Origin: Setoptus koraiensis
Lineage: Eukaryota > Animalia > Arthropoda
Assembly: GCA_048013815.1 (NCBI GenBank)
Contig: CM106586.1
Location: 20,150,001 to 20,214,000, forward strand
Length of the DNA: 64,000 bases
Direction of reading: 5' to 3'
Each line of letters starts with the position of its first letter. Position 1 is the first letter of the stretch. This document shows positions 36,368 to 49,887 of the stretch, piece by piece. Made by a program: the position numbers and the translations under genes. Under the pieces are notes generated by a model that was not told the DNA's origin, searched no databases, and saw only the letters and a list, made by a program, of their open reading frames with translations.

Positions 36368-39300
36368 GGCAGCAATTGGCCAGACGACGACAAAGCGGCC
36401 AGAGGGGCGATTGGAAAATTGTGTTCGCAGTTTGTTGCGGCTCGGATCGCGGACGGACGGGCCCCTTGCGAGCCGCAACAAACTACTTTATGTGCACCGT
36501 GCAACGTCCAAATGTCATGCACAATATAGCGTCCGGCTCGGTTCCGTCAACGTGACCGCCGACGCTGAGGCGAGCCCACTATTCTCGAAAAGAACCCGTT
36601 ATTCTCGCCAAGCCGGCTCTTTTATCTCCCTTTTCTGGCCTCCGCCTGCTCGGTCGGTTTTGTATTCGTGTGCTGGCGTGTCACTGGCAGCGAGCGAGGG
36701 GCCCCATTCTATTTACCTTTGTGTTTTTTCGCTTTTTTATCTTTTGTCCGGCTCATCAGTGCGTGTGTGTGTTTGTTAAGTATGTAAAGAGATACAGCAC
36801 GGCGCGCATTTATTGAGGCGACCGACCGGAGTGCGGGCGACCGCTCGCTGGCGCTGTCGTCTGTGTGCGTTGTCGTCGTCGATGTGTGTGTGTGCGTTGT
36901 CGTTGTGTGTGTGTGTGTGTGCGTTGTCGCTGTCTGGAGTTGTTCAGATAACAACAGCTACGCTCCATTTCAATCATACATCATTCGACTCTGGCCCACT
37001 TTGCACTTTGTCGCGGGCCGCCCGTCCGGCCGGTACCCGCTGCTGGCCGTTGTCGTGCAGTTGTTGGCCGTGCCGCCTGTTCGGTGCAGGGGGCGCCCGC
37101 GGTCGCCCAGGGTTGCCTACAATCGGCCTACGATCGGCCGAAATTGGCCGCAATCGGCCGTGGTCGCCTAGGGTCGTTTGCGACTCGCCGCCACTGGCTA
37201 GACAAAGTTGCCCGGAGACACCTATAAATGTCATTGTTGTCGCTGCTGTTGTCGCTGCTGTTGGCCGGGCCGTGTCGGTTGTTGTGCCGTGGTTGTTGCT
37301 GTTACGGTTGTTGGCACGGTTGTTGCGGTGGTAGGCTGTATCGCTGTATCGCATTACATCATTCAAGAAGAAGCCAAATACCGGCCGCTATGGCGCGTCT
37401 GTCCGTGCGCGTTTGTCCGCCGTTTGTTTACATGTTAGTGTCGTGTCGTGTCAGCGTTACGTGCGGCTCACTGTCAGCTGTATGAGGCGCACTTCCTGTT
37501 TCTTTATTTGCACGCGCAACGACAATTCTCAAGGAGCTGCCCGGTCGCATCACCGTACAAAGTTACGTAAGCTGGCGAGCGATAGTTTTATAAATAGTTA
37601 TAGATGGGCAGCGCGAGTTAAAAACAAGCTGCACGCTCAACTGTGCAATGTCGCTGTTGTTGTTGTCGTTGTTGCTGTTGTTGTTGCTGCTGCTGTTGTT
37701 TTCGTTATTGCTGTTGCGTAAATGTCGCGGCTTGACAAGCGTGCGAGCTGCAAGTTTATAAGTGCTCTTTGCGTGTGCTGATTGTGTCAAAATAGGTTGA
37801 CTTGGCGCGTTTCGTTGCGCAACCCTTGCAAAACATCGTAGGCTGTGTGTCAAACGCAAGCTCGAATCGCTAGTTGATTGCAAGTGCGTGCGACATTGAT
37901 AAAATGTAAAATAATATTACGCAACAACAACAACAACACAAATCATATGTCCCGTGTCGGATGTCAGTGGCGCGTCACGTCGCTCGGCGGCGGCGGCCAC
38001 GTGCCGTGAGAACTGGCACGGCCAGTGACAGTTTGCGGCCGATTGAGCGGGCGCCCTCAACAGGTTGGACAGGTTGACAGGTGAGCTTGACAAGTCAGCG
38101 TCGGCTTGTTACGCGAATATGATGAGGGGCGCCACCTGTCAGTGTTTTGTAGTGAGTTTGTTTGTTTGTAATTGTTGTTTGGCGCTCGTTGGCTTGTAAC
38201 TGCGTGATCTCTTTTTAGTCGCCAAAGTTTAGTGTGATCGATCGACACAATGGGCGCCATTGTGGTGCCATTGTGTCGTGGCTCGTGCGTCGCGGCTCGT
38301 GATCGATCTTCCGTTTGTGATTGCGACTCGTGAATCATATCAAGAGCTGCACTCGGATAAATTACGAGCGGCTTGCATTGGATTAGCGCCCCCAAACGGA
38401 TCGCAAGCGGTTGTCGGGCAAATCAGGCGACTCCTGATTCAGGAGACGGCCGAGTCGGGGAGAGAGTGAGAGGGAGACTGGGAGACAGCAAAAGTAAGGG
38501 CAAAAAATGAATAAATCATGAAGTTATCATTATGGGACTCGTGATGAGACTGGCCATTTGACGTTGTTGCAAAGCACCGTTGCGAGCATGACGTAATGGC
38601 GCCACCAAGCGACGTGGCATCGATGCAATTGCAACACGCGCGCAACGCGTGCAAACGGCAGCATACTGCGTGTCGGCGCTATTAAGCAACATGATATGCA
38701 ATTTCTAGTTATGCAAATTGCGCCCACGCCGATCGTGTTGTTGTCGCTGTTGTTGTTGTTGTTGTTGTTATTCATGCCATCTTTATGATGATGGCGCGTA
38801 TTATAATGCATTGCGATCGGTCTATTTAAATGATATTTTGCCCCCGCTGCCATTTTGTGTATCAAATGTGATTTGACGGCGCGCGCCAAGGCGCCACGAT
38901 CAGCAATTTGCAATTTGGGCCGCTCGCGCGCGCGTCCCATTCCAAGCTGTCGGCCCGTGTCGCCGGTTGGCGCGCTGCCCCTTCGGCCGGGGCGCTTGGT
39001 GCTCGCACCAACTCGCCAGCGATACGATGATGATGCGCATCACGTGCTGTTGCGCAAGCCGACCGAGTGTAGCCGTGTATCAATATGTAACTGTCCCTCC
39101 CTGACACCCAAACCGAGATACACGGGAGATACACGGGAGATTACGGGGAGATGCACGGGGAGATACAGTGAGCGGCGGCGGCGGCGTCGGCGGCAATCGA
39201 GTGGCAGACAGTTGAAAAGACAGTGTTTGTGCTGACGCGCGTCCCCGATAACGCGTGTCAGTTTGTCCTAATGGAGCCATTTGTAATGTTAGCCAGTCAG

Positions 39301-42300
39301 CTTGTCGGCGGGGCCCTGGCGGGCGCCGCCAGCGAGCCAACAACCAGCCAGCGGGCCGACAATCAGCCAGCGGGCCGACAATCAGCCGGCGGGCCGCCAT
39401 CAGCGGGCGGCCAGCCAGCCGACGACAAGTTTGAATAGCTGCGACATGACATTAGCGAGCACACTTATTGACACCTAGCGACAACCGGGCCCCTGCCTTT
39501 TTGGGGCCCGCTCGGCGCCACTCGACGGGCGACACCAACACCGACAAGCGGCCGCACCCGACGACGCCAACAACAACCGACGGCTGGCGGGTGTCAACGG
39601 GCGAACATCGAACGGCACTTATCCCGCGCCCACGCGCCTCACAAGTGCCACTGCACTTGCGAGCGCCGCGCCATTCATCCGTGGGGCCCGGCTCGAAAAT
39701 TGGGCCAACTCAACTGGCAATATCCGAGACGCGAGCCGCCGCTCGGCCAGCCGAGACAGTCCGGCGAAGGTGGCGCCCCCACCCCCTTTGTGTTTGTCGG
39801 GCGCCATCTTGGGCCGCTCATTAGCTGTCGGTGGCGCTGGTGGCGCTCGGGCTCGGGCTGGGGCGCTCGCGATCGGGTTGTGGCGCTCGCGATCGGGCCG
39901 GCGCCGGTCGCCACACATACATATATTAGAAGACATATTAAAACCACTTCATTAGTTGACAACCGACTGTCGAGTGAGTGTGTGATTTTGCGACAGCCAG
40001 ACGGCGCCCCCTTTCTGGCTGTCGCGCCAGTCGCTCACCAGTCGCCCACCAGTCGCGCCAGTCGCAAAAGGGGCCCCGTTCGGGCCGGCGTGCAATTTTA
40101 TAGCAAACGCATGGCCGGCCATGTAGACACGGTAACGGACATGACAGAGTTGTAATAACACACAAAACGGATAATAACAAAATGCAAAACGAATGCGCGC
40201 CACCGACAGGCCAACAATAAAAGTCATGAATATAGCGCCCCGTTGTTGGCCCCATTCATGACTGTGTAATTATTATGTAATGATAAACACGCACCAATTT
40301 GCTGTCTGATGTGTTTATTATTCAGCAGCGGCCGGGGCAATCATAATCTAATTATCATGTTCTGACTCGATGGGCACCGCTCTCTCGAGCGCCCTCTTCT
40401 GGACGTGGGCTTTGCTGGTATCTGTTGCAAGTTGCAACAGAATCAGTCAGCTCACTGACGGCTCTGATGGCGTCGGCCCGCTCAATGCGCCCGTCAGCCG
40501 GGTGGCGCGTCTGTGATTTGTTCATTTGCGCGGCCTCGATTTGCAACGCCGACCAACGCAATCGGCAACATGCTGGCCAGCCGGCCAGTCGGCCGGTTGT
40601 CGCCCAATTAGACCCGATTGGGGCCCAATTGGGGCCCGTTCGGAGCCCAGTGGCGCCCAATCAAGAGCGCCCTCCAAATTGCGGCCCTAATTTGTATTCC
40701 AATTTGGCGCGGTTGTTAATTTGGGCCAGTTGTTGCCACTCTCAAATCTCGCAAAGCTCTCACAGGGCTCTCAGGGCTCTCACAGGCTCTCGCGGGGCCC
40801 GCTCGTTGAGCTAGTTTGCCAATATCCGGCCGCTCGGCCGTTATGTAATAGTTATGTAATATAGCTCTATATTTGGCTCTGGCGCGTGATTACTCGACCA
40901 GCTCGTGCCAATAATTACACAAACATTGACAATGTGTGCGCGCGCCCCCAATTGGCGCCAACTGTGCACACCTTTGCCGCTCGCCGGCCACTTGTAAGTT
41001 GGCGCCCCCCACTTATAAGTGGGCGAACTGGCCAATAAACACACACGGTGCACAAATATCGCCTGGCGCGCTGCCACAAACACTCGCGCCTCGGCTGGCT
41101 TGAGCGAGCACACGACAACAAGACACAAACAAACATCTCAACGAGCAAACAAGCGACAGCCGGACGAACAAACAAATAAACAAGCGAGCGCACAAACAAC
41201 GCCGAACGGGGCCCCCGAAACGGACAAAAAATCACAGCAAAACACTAGACAACAACACGGCAAACAACTCGTCTCGCGCCTCACCTGTGCGTGTTTGCTT
41301 AATTGTCGCCCTCTCCAGCAACTACAATGAGCTGCAGGTAGTTGCGTCATCTATAATTGGTCGGCAACATGACGGTGACGGCTCCTCATTGCGACGCCAC
41401 AACAACAACAGCGCCACAACAACAGCAGCACCATAATAACAGCACCGATTGCGCAATATTGCGCGCTCTGGCGCTGCCTTGTGCCGTGCTGTGCCGTGTC
41501 TCGCCGGCGGCGCAGCCCTGACAACGGCGCAACGAGCGGCACAGTGGCTAGGTGCGCCCGATCCGGTGGCCGACGGGCCGGGCCGGTATCAATCATCGAA
41601 TCGGTCAGCTCGAATTGGTGCTGGCTGCGCGAACCATGCTCGGCGCCTCGCGCACCAATTCGCACGACGCAAGCCGAAAACGTGCTCTAGCAGCGACAGT
41701 TATCATGTCGCTGCGCAGGCCGCCCAAAAAACCAACGGGCCTCAAATCTCCAATTATCCCTCGAAATGGCCCTGTAAAGCGTTCGTGCTGTTATCTCTAA
41801 TCAGGCGCTCACTGGCGGCGCCCGGATCAGCGGCGAGCGGCCCGGCAGTCGTCAATCAAAAACTAAATATATAAATCACAAATCTCGACGGATCAGCACA
41901 TAACAACAAAAAGAGAGAGTCAATTTAAATGGGCGCCAGAGTTGCGCGCACGCTGGGCGATCTCTTAAAATTGGGCCTCTTGAGCCGTCGCGATTCGCGA
42001 GATATACGCGCGCGATCGTGTTTTATAATTTATTTGGCGCGATTGTGGTGGCGCCAATTGCGTGCGAAGAAGACTGGCTTTTTGAGACAGTTTGAGCCGC
42101 TCGCCGCGGCGGCCCGATAAGCCGATTTGCTGCAAACTTGCCCCAACTGGCAGTTTGTTAATGGCGCAGCGCCGACGGAGACATTTAAAAGTATGGCGAC
42201 GTATGATACGCGCGCGTTATGTAAACGCGCCATAACGGCACATAGCTCCGTTCGCGACCTCATATCGTGCGGCCCGTGTGTGCGCGTCTGGTCGCGCGGG

Positions 42301-45300
42301 CGCCGGCCCGCCGGCGGTCGTCCGTCTGGCGGCCGCCGCCGCTGCCAAGACGAGCCTGGATAGCTTCAACTTATTTTTCAGTTATGCGCTTGACTGAGCG
42401 TGAATTTAATCAATGTTCATCATAGCGTAATCATTGAATAATATCACCGACGTGCCGCACCGCACCGCACAGCCCGGCGGGCGACGGGCAACCGGCGCCC
42501 GCCGACCGGCAGCGCTCGTTTACCGGGCTCTGGAGCAGCGACCGCGCGCACCAGTTGACGGGATCCAGTGGCGCGTTTGCCGGTTTGCAGTGATGGCTGG
42601 TTCAGCGAGCGGTGCAAATGAAATAATTGCAATAAAAAGCGCCCTCCGGCCCGCAAGCCATAATCTGATCCGTGGCTCGGCGCGCGCGCCATGTCTTGAC
42701 ATGCCGGCCTCGATAATGATAATCTCTGCACTGCGTTTGGCCGCCGCCGGTCCGCCGGTCCGCTGGCCGCAGATGGCCGTCGCTCGCCTCCGTCCGCATG
42801 ACGGGCCGGCCCGCTCGGCGGTCCGCACACTCGAATTATGCGCGCCGGCCCGTTAATTCAAGCGGCCGCGGCAACTCGTTGCCGAGTTGTATCGCGCGCG
42901 TCCAAAGTGCCTCAGTTTAATTGATAAATTGAGCCGCCAAGCCAACCATTTGCACACAACTTATAATTATGCTCGCCATATCGGATAATTGTGTTTGTGT
43001 GCCCGTTTTTTAAACTCTCTGACTGTCGACTGGCGCGCGCTTCAGTTGATTATTGCGATTATTCCGCTCGTGTGGCCGCCTGGCGGCCGTGCGACGCGCT
43101 GTAGCGATCCGACGATCCTGCGTGGCTCTGTGACCGACTGTTACTGTGGGACCCGTTTGGATTTGGCGCCCGCGGTCGGCCCGTTCCGGCCAACAGGACG
43201 GGCCGGTGCGGCCACGGGGCGAGCGGCCTTGCGCGGTCCGGTGGGCCCCGCTAATGAGTTGCTGCGCAGTTGTTGTACGGTTGTTGATACGACGGGCCGA
43301 GATTGTTTGCCCGCCATTTGACTGTCGCCCGTTATTTTTTGCGCCATTTGTCGTCGGTTGCGACTCGCAAGTTGCGAGTGATGGCAGCGACTCGGCTCGC
43401 CAGCAAAGTGCCCGCCGCGAGCCCCCTATCGGCGAGTCAATCTAGCGTGGGGGCCCCGATGGATGCGTGGGCCGACGGGGGGATCACCTGAGCCGCACGC
43501 TGATCCCCCTATCGGACATGTAATAGGGCTCAATATAGGCGGGCATCAATCACTTCTCGTTGGGCATGTGCGCGATGCATTCTTTGGGGCTATGCAAGCT
43601 CGGCTACGATAAACAATGTGGATCCCGTTGGCGCAAAGAGGCCGCCGGCGCGCCAACGGGATCATTGTGGTGCGGCGCGGCACGTCCTCGGGGACGGGCC
43701 CGCCGCCAGGTATGTCCGGCAATCGGCTGGCTGCTCGCAATGTTAGTGCATGTGTCATTTTGAATGGTGTCGCCAGCGGCTCGCGCTCAAGTGTCGGCCC
43801 GCTTGTCGCGGGCCGGCCAGCGGCGCCAGACAAGCGGGCCGGCGAGCGGACGGGCGCACAAAAAACAAACAAACAAATCGCTAATTACTGGCGCACAGAT
43901 AGTTTCAAATAACTGTTACTGTAATTGGTTTACAGCGCCGTCCGCTTTATGTTATGTAATAGTATCATGTATTGTGCGCAGCATGTTTGCAGTCCGAGAG
44001 AATTAATTGAATTGATCCAATAATATCCGCTCGCAGGCTCGCGTGCGCACAGTGTTGGCTTCTGGCGCTCGCTCGGCGCGGCTCGCTCGGCGCGGCTCGC
44101 ATGATCCGAGTCTGACGATGACGGCCGAGCGGCCCCCCCCCTCGCCCGAAATCAATTATGTTTGTATGTGGCGCGCGCGGCTCGTCGTCGTGTGACAATT
44201 ACACGCACGCTATGCGCACTTGTGCGCACAATTTAATATATTCGTGTGTCAACAAAATAATTATATATTAATACTAATTGATTATTTATTTAGCTCAGCT
44301 TTGTGTCGCCGGCCATTACGCAACAAGCAAGCGCTCGTGCGAGGTGAACTCGCGCAAGACACGCGACACGAGTTATGTGAGGCGCCGTTATTTGTTGTGG
44401 CTGGCGCGCGATCGTGTCGGGGGCCCCCGATCGTTACGCGCACGCTGTGGCACGCGTGCACACTGTGCCGGGCCGGCAAATCTCGCCCGAACGCGAGCCC
44501 AACGCGAGCCCCACCAGCGAGCCTACAAACAAAAGAACGCGTTATCCAATATCCATACCAATTATCCGGCAGCGACGACGACGGCGACAGACATAACTGA
44601 CACGATCCAATATATGTCAAGAGGCGCCCATGATGAACACGGGCTCGCGTGGCGATACGCCCGCGCTCGCTCGCAATTTGTCCGCTGGGAGCCGGCGAGC
44701 GGGCCCGTGGCGCGCCATTGTGCCCACCACGGGCCGACGGTGGCAAGTTGTTGCGCAAGTTGTTGCGCAAGTTGTTAATTAAGGAAGCGTCAACCGTCGG
44801 TCAGTGGCGACTCGCGCGCGCCCTCAAGACGCCAGCGGCCGGGATTACCCGGCCGGCCGGGCCCCATTGTAGTTGGTGATGATAATAATCTATTTATTTA
44901 TTTACTGCACACCGTCTGTGCACCGTCTGACAGGCAGGCTCGTTGGCTTACTGACTCGCCGGCTGACTTGTTGTTGAGCGAGCGCCCCCTCTCGACGAGC
45001 CCACACCAATTTGTTGTGGTGCACGGCGGTGTCTGTTGTGCCATATTGGCAGGCCCGGCCCGGCCCGGCCCAGTCGCTGTTCGCGGCCCAAAAGACTGGC
45101 TAAAGCGACTAGTGGTGCTGTCTATAGTGCGTAGAGCCCCCGGCAGTGGGCGATAATCGCGCATCATTTATCAGTATATATTGAATTTGCTGCTGTTGCT
45201 GCTGCTGTTGTTGTTGGCGTTAGTGTCAGTTTTTATTGGGCGCCGCTGGCTGGCTGGCTGGCTGGCCCCCACCGCCGTTAGTCGGCGAGCCAGATAAGCG

Positions 45301-48300
45301 GCCGACACTCTGATTTGGCTCGAAGCCTTCGAGTGTGCGCCCATATCACGCACTCTTGCCTCTGGGGCCCTCGAAATGGGGCGCCCTCTCGATGAAACTG
45401 CACGCCGTGTCGCCAGTGTCGTTCATTATAACCGCCGCCGCCGCAGCAGCCGCCGAGTCACCGTCAATCGTCAAACCGATCGTTGAGCCCGACACAACTG
45501 GCTGGGGCCGAGGGGCTCGCCACCAGCGCCCGCCACTAAATAATGGCCAGCGTGCCATATGGGGCCCCGTCTGGCGGCAGCAGCAGCGCTGGCGCCAACA
45601 ACAGATGTCAACAAGCCATCTATCATACGCATGGGGCCCCCGAAAACGGTGACACACGCACCGCGGCGCCACTTGTCAGCCGCTACTTGTTTCAGCGGTT
45701 AAAATAAACAAAAACACAATTTCACTTGATGGTCAACATCATTACGACACTGTGAGTTATATAACAAGTGGGCGCGCACCGGCCCGCTGTAATACCGCAA
45801 GCGGGCCGTAATGCCATAATTGAGAACAAATTAAGTTTACAGTTGCGGCTCCCAACTCGTCGGCCGGCCGAGTCGCCGACCCTCGAGCGGCCCTTCCGTC
45901 CGCCCGACGCTCCGGTCCGCTTCATATGCCCGCCAGTGCGCCCGCCGTGCGCCCGCCAGTGTGCCCGCCAATGTGCGGCTCGGCGGCCGCCCGCCGGCTA
46001 ATACCCTTGAGCGGCGCCCCGCAGGGCCAGCCAAAACGTGGGTGCTGCCCGGCCGGTGATTCGCGCGTCCGAACGTATCGCGCAGCGTGGAGCGCACGCT
46101 GGCCCGGAGTGGCAGATTGGGCAAATTGGAGCACTCGCCTGCGATTCGTCGGCTCACCTGTCCCGCGGCGGCCCGCCCGATGGCCGGTGCGGCAAGCGAG
46201 TGACCGCGAACAAGAGCGCGGTCTCGTCGGGCGAGAGCCGCTCTCGGTCGACGACACTTTTTTCGCTCCACGGCACTCGCCGAGAATGCCGGCACAGAGT
46301 GAGCAAGACTGGCCAAGAATTCGTGTCAGCGGCACGCTCAGTCTGGCCCCAAAATCGCTGGCTGGCGGGCGATAAGTTTGATGGATGACTCGCGGCGAGC
46401 CGAGGCCCCTGTCGATCGAGCATCACAATACCTGTGCGCGGCGCATAGAGGCCGTCTTGCGGAATGCACGCCCCCATTCAGCTTGTGTGTCCGGCAGCGC
46501 TTATTGTGGTTGCGCACAGGTAGTTGCAGTTGTTTGTCTGGCGCTGTTGTTGTCGTTGTTGTTGCTCAGATGTTGTTGTTGTTTAGCGCGCGATTTCTCA
46601 ATGAAACGGGCTCCGCGACACATGCCACTGGCCAGTGCAATTTATTTGATGCAACACCGACAACAGCGCCACCAGTAGCAGCAGCAGATAAAAAACGAAA
46701 TCATTGAGTCGCGAGCGCGCCACGCCGAGCTGCATATAGGGTCGTTCGCGCGCTTGCACACGATCGTGTTCTGACCACCAAGTTGACGGGCACGGGCCCG
46801 TTATTGACGTCGCTAGGCCCATCGGCTCGCCAATGGCCAATAATGCAACGACTAACGGCGCTATGCGACATCATGGAAACAAACAGACAGACTGTCGGGT
46901 TAAGTTCAATCCAAGCCCGAGGTGCGCGCTTGTGCCGCTTTCTGTGCCATTCGCTGCACAACAATGCACACGAACCATTGATCGTTGAGCGTTGGGCCGC
47001 ACGCAAAAGCGGATATTGTTCGAGCAGGTGGTAGCAATAACATGTTATTGTTTTTTGTGTGTCGGCGCACTTGTCACATGGAACAGCGCACAGCGGCACA
47101 GTATATCGACATTCGGACAGACGAACTGGTCAGCGCAGATCCGACCGTCAATCAGTGGCGCGGGCCGGCACAGCGACGACCGACAAGCTCGGCGCGGGTT
47201 TGCGCGGATTCGTGGCTCGAGCCGGGCCTCTGCCGACACGAGCAAGCCGAAGACTCGGGTACGCCGAAAGATCAGGTGCGCCAGCAAGCAGTCATGTCGA
47301 AACGCCCCCGCGTTACACGTGTGCCCGGGCCAGTGGCGAGCTTTGCCACGTGTTTAGTGGCTCTCTCGCTCGCAATCTTGCAGCGCGTGCTTGCCAAAAC
47401 GGGCGCAGTTGCTCACAACTGTGCAGTAGTTGCTGCGACATGACTTACGTGACAATTGACGTTGAAAATGGCGCCAAAATACCTGCGCTGCCAAATACCT
47501 TGGATGCCTCTTGGCCGAATAGTCTTCGGTGATTACGTAATTCACTGTGCACTTTGGCAATTTCGTGTCACTATTACCGACTGTGTGCAGCACAGAGAAT
47601 GCTGCCAGTATAGGCATCGCGTGCATTATGTGCTGGTTTTTATCTGTTTGTTTGTTTGTTGCATCATCAACGTGCAAAGTCATCAGCGGCCCGTTGTCGA
47701 GTTGAGTCATCCATCTCGCCGGTGATGGCACCAAGATCCCGTTATGTCGGCAGCATTGTGTGTACATTGTGTGCGTTGCAACATAACGGGATCATTCGTC
47801 TTGACATTGGCCGTTACTTGACGCGTTGCGTTGCGTCACGCCGTCGGCTCGCCAAGCAACTCGAGTTGCATTTCCAATTTGCGGCACGAGCTGGCGGGCT
47901 TCGCATAGGCTCGTGCCGCCAGCAAGCCAGCGATATATGGCGATGTGAGGCCCTTCATTGGCGCTCGAGCGGCGACAAACAGAGATCGAAATCGTAATGG
48001 CGAGCGCCGTTAATAGTGGCCCGTCGCTCTCGCACACAATGGCCCCACACACACACATATCGGTGTGATGTATTCACCATTATTGTTTGTGTGTAAATTG
48101 GCACCTGAGCGATCGGTGGCGCTTCGCTCGGCCACCAGTCGGAGCTGACTTGCATCTCAATGATCTCATCTCTTTTTGCTGCACCTCCGCTGCCGCTGCC
48201 GTTGTTGATGTTTATGATGAAATGAAAGGGGGAATCATTTTCACTATCAATCATTCGCGCTCTCTCGTCTGCGTCGACAAGCCGATAAGAGCGCGCCTAG

Positions 48301-48661
48301 CGACAAACACACAATGCCCCATTAGCGCAGCCAGTGGCGAGTCGCGAACGTCGCTAGGCGCCGCGCGTTTACAGCCGCGCGATGAATGTTGTTGTTGTAG
48401 TCATTGTTGTTGCCGTTGTCGTTTGCGCTAGCGGACAATTCGCGAAACAATAATGCACGCTGCGTTTAGTGCAAGCAACGGCGCTGCCTCATCAAGTGTC
48501 GGTAACAAACAACAAATATCAGCGCCCCCACACTGTCGATATCAGCGCCCCTAATCTCGCGTAACAACAACAAACGCGTTCACGCACCAGTCATAGATCA
48601 TCCATAGATGGCGCACACACTTTGCACGCTGACACAATCTCTCGCCTCTTATCCTCTCGGT

Positions 48662-48685
48662 CCCCCTCCCATCCCCCCTTCCCCC
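48662..48685 (-). other. Canonical G-quadruplex motif
   Basis: The minus strand reads GGGGG-AA-GGGGGG-AT-GGG-A-GGGGG. Confidence 0.6.
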
Positions 48686-49837
48686 GGTTGCCATAAATAG
48701 ACAGATGATATAATTAAATCAAACCGTTGCGCCAGCGGTCATTGTGTCGATCGATTGCGTAACTTGTTGATTGACTGATGGCTCTCGCCGGGCACCCATC
48801 AGCTGATAGGATGTCGCGCAATGCCGAGCCATCCGCGACTTTTCTGCGGCCTTCTAAGCAATGTTCGCGGGCCGGCCCGCAAAGCAGGCCCGCAAAACCG
48901 CCCCGTTGGGCCGGTCCGACAATACCCAAGTCCCCTGGCGGCTCATCTCCGCGCAATCTGGTGCTGAGGCGCTCCCCTGAGCGGGCCTGCCGAGAGTCTA
49001 GAGTGAGTCTCGCTCGAAGAGTGACTCGCTTGTTTAGTGTCGCCCCTTTCGTCCAAATTTGACCTAAAATGGCACTTTGTTTGTGTCACCATCTAGCCCG
49101 TCTCTAGCTGACAAACCGGCAAATGGGCGCCTAGAGTGTCGGGCACAAGTTTAACTTTCTGGCCGCTAGGTGTGCCCGGCGTTCATTTAGTCGTGCGCAT
49201 CAATTTGGTTGTGAAACGGACACACAGTGTGCATTATTGTTTCTAGGGTTGTCCGCCAGCGGGACAGCGACAACAACAACAACAACAATGACTAAAGATA
49301 GACTAAACAGAGAGGACTACACACTATAGAGTGTGTATCTATTTTGGTATCTTGATACTGGCAGCAGCAGCCTAGCAAATGGTTGTCTAATGAAATCCGC
49401 CGAGTGTGTGTTCATTTGCATAAATAATTGATGATGATAATTATCACGATCGAGCCATCATCAATTACGAAACGATTTTGTCATTAGTGCGCCACTGTGT
49501 GTTGACGCAATCGTTCATCGTGGCGCCATGTTGAGTTAGTTAGCTCAACATGGAGTGCGAGTCGCTGGCAAGCTAGCTGCGTTGGCTGACTGAAGCCAGA
49601 GTCGCTTTTTATCTAGCTTGCTCCATTGAGCTTGCTGTGATTTTATTCCCACTCAAACTTGCTCAGCCTGAGCAATATCGACTCAATACATATTTGTGCA
49701 CTTGTAACTCGGCGTATCGCGAGCCATCATTGATGGTTACTCATTGATGTTAATTGAAACTAATGAGCTAGCGCGCACTGGCTTGTATTTCCGGTGTGTG
49801 TTGTTGGCCGGCGCCGCCGGCAGGGCGAACAGGGCGA

Positions 49838-49887
49838 CTTGTGAGACTTGCGAGACCTGCGAGACTTGCGAGACTTGCGAGACTTGC
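49838..49887. repeat. 9-bp tandem repeat (GAGACTTGC), about 5.5 units
   Basis: Directly visible. Confidence 0.9.
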
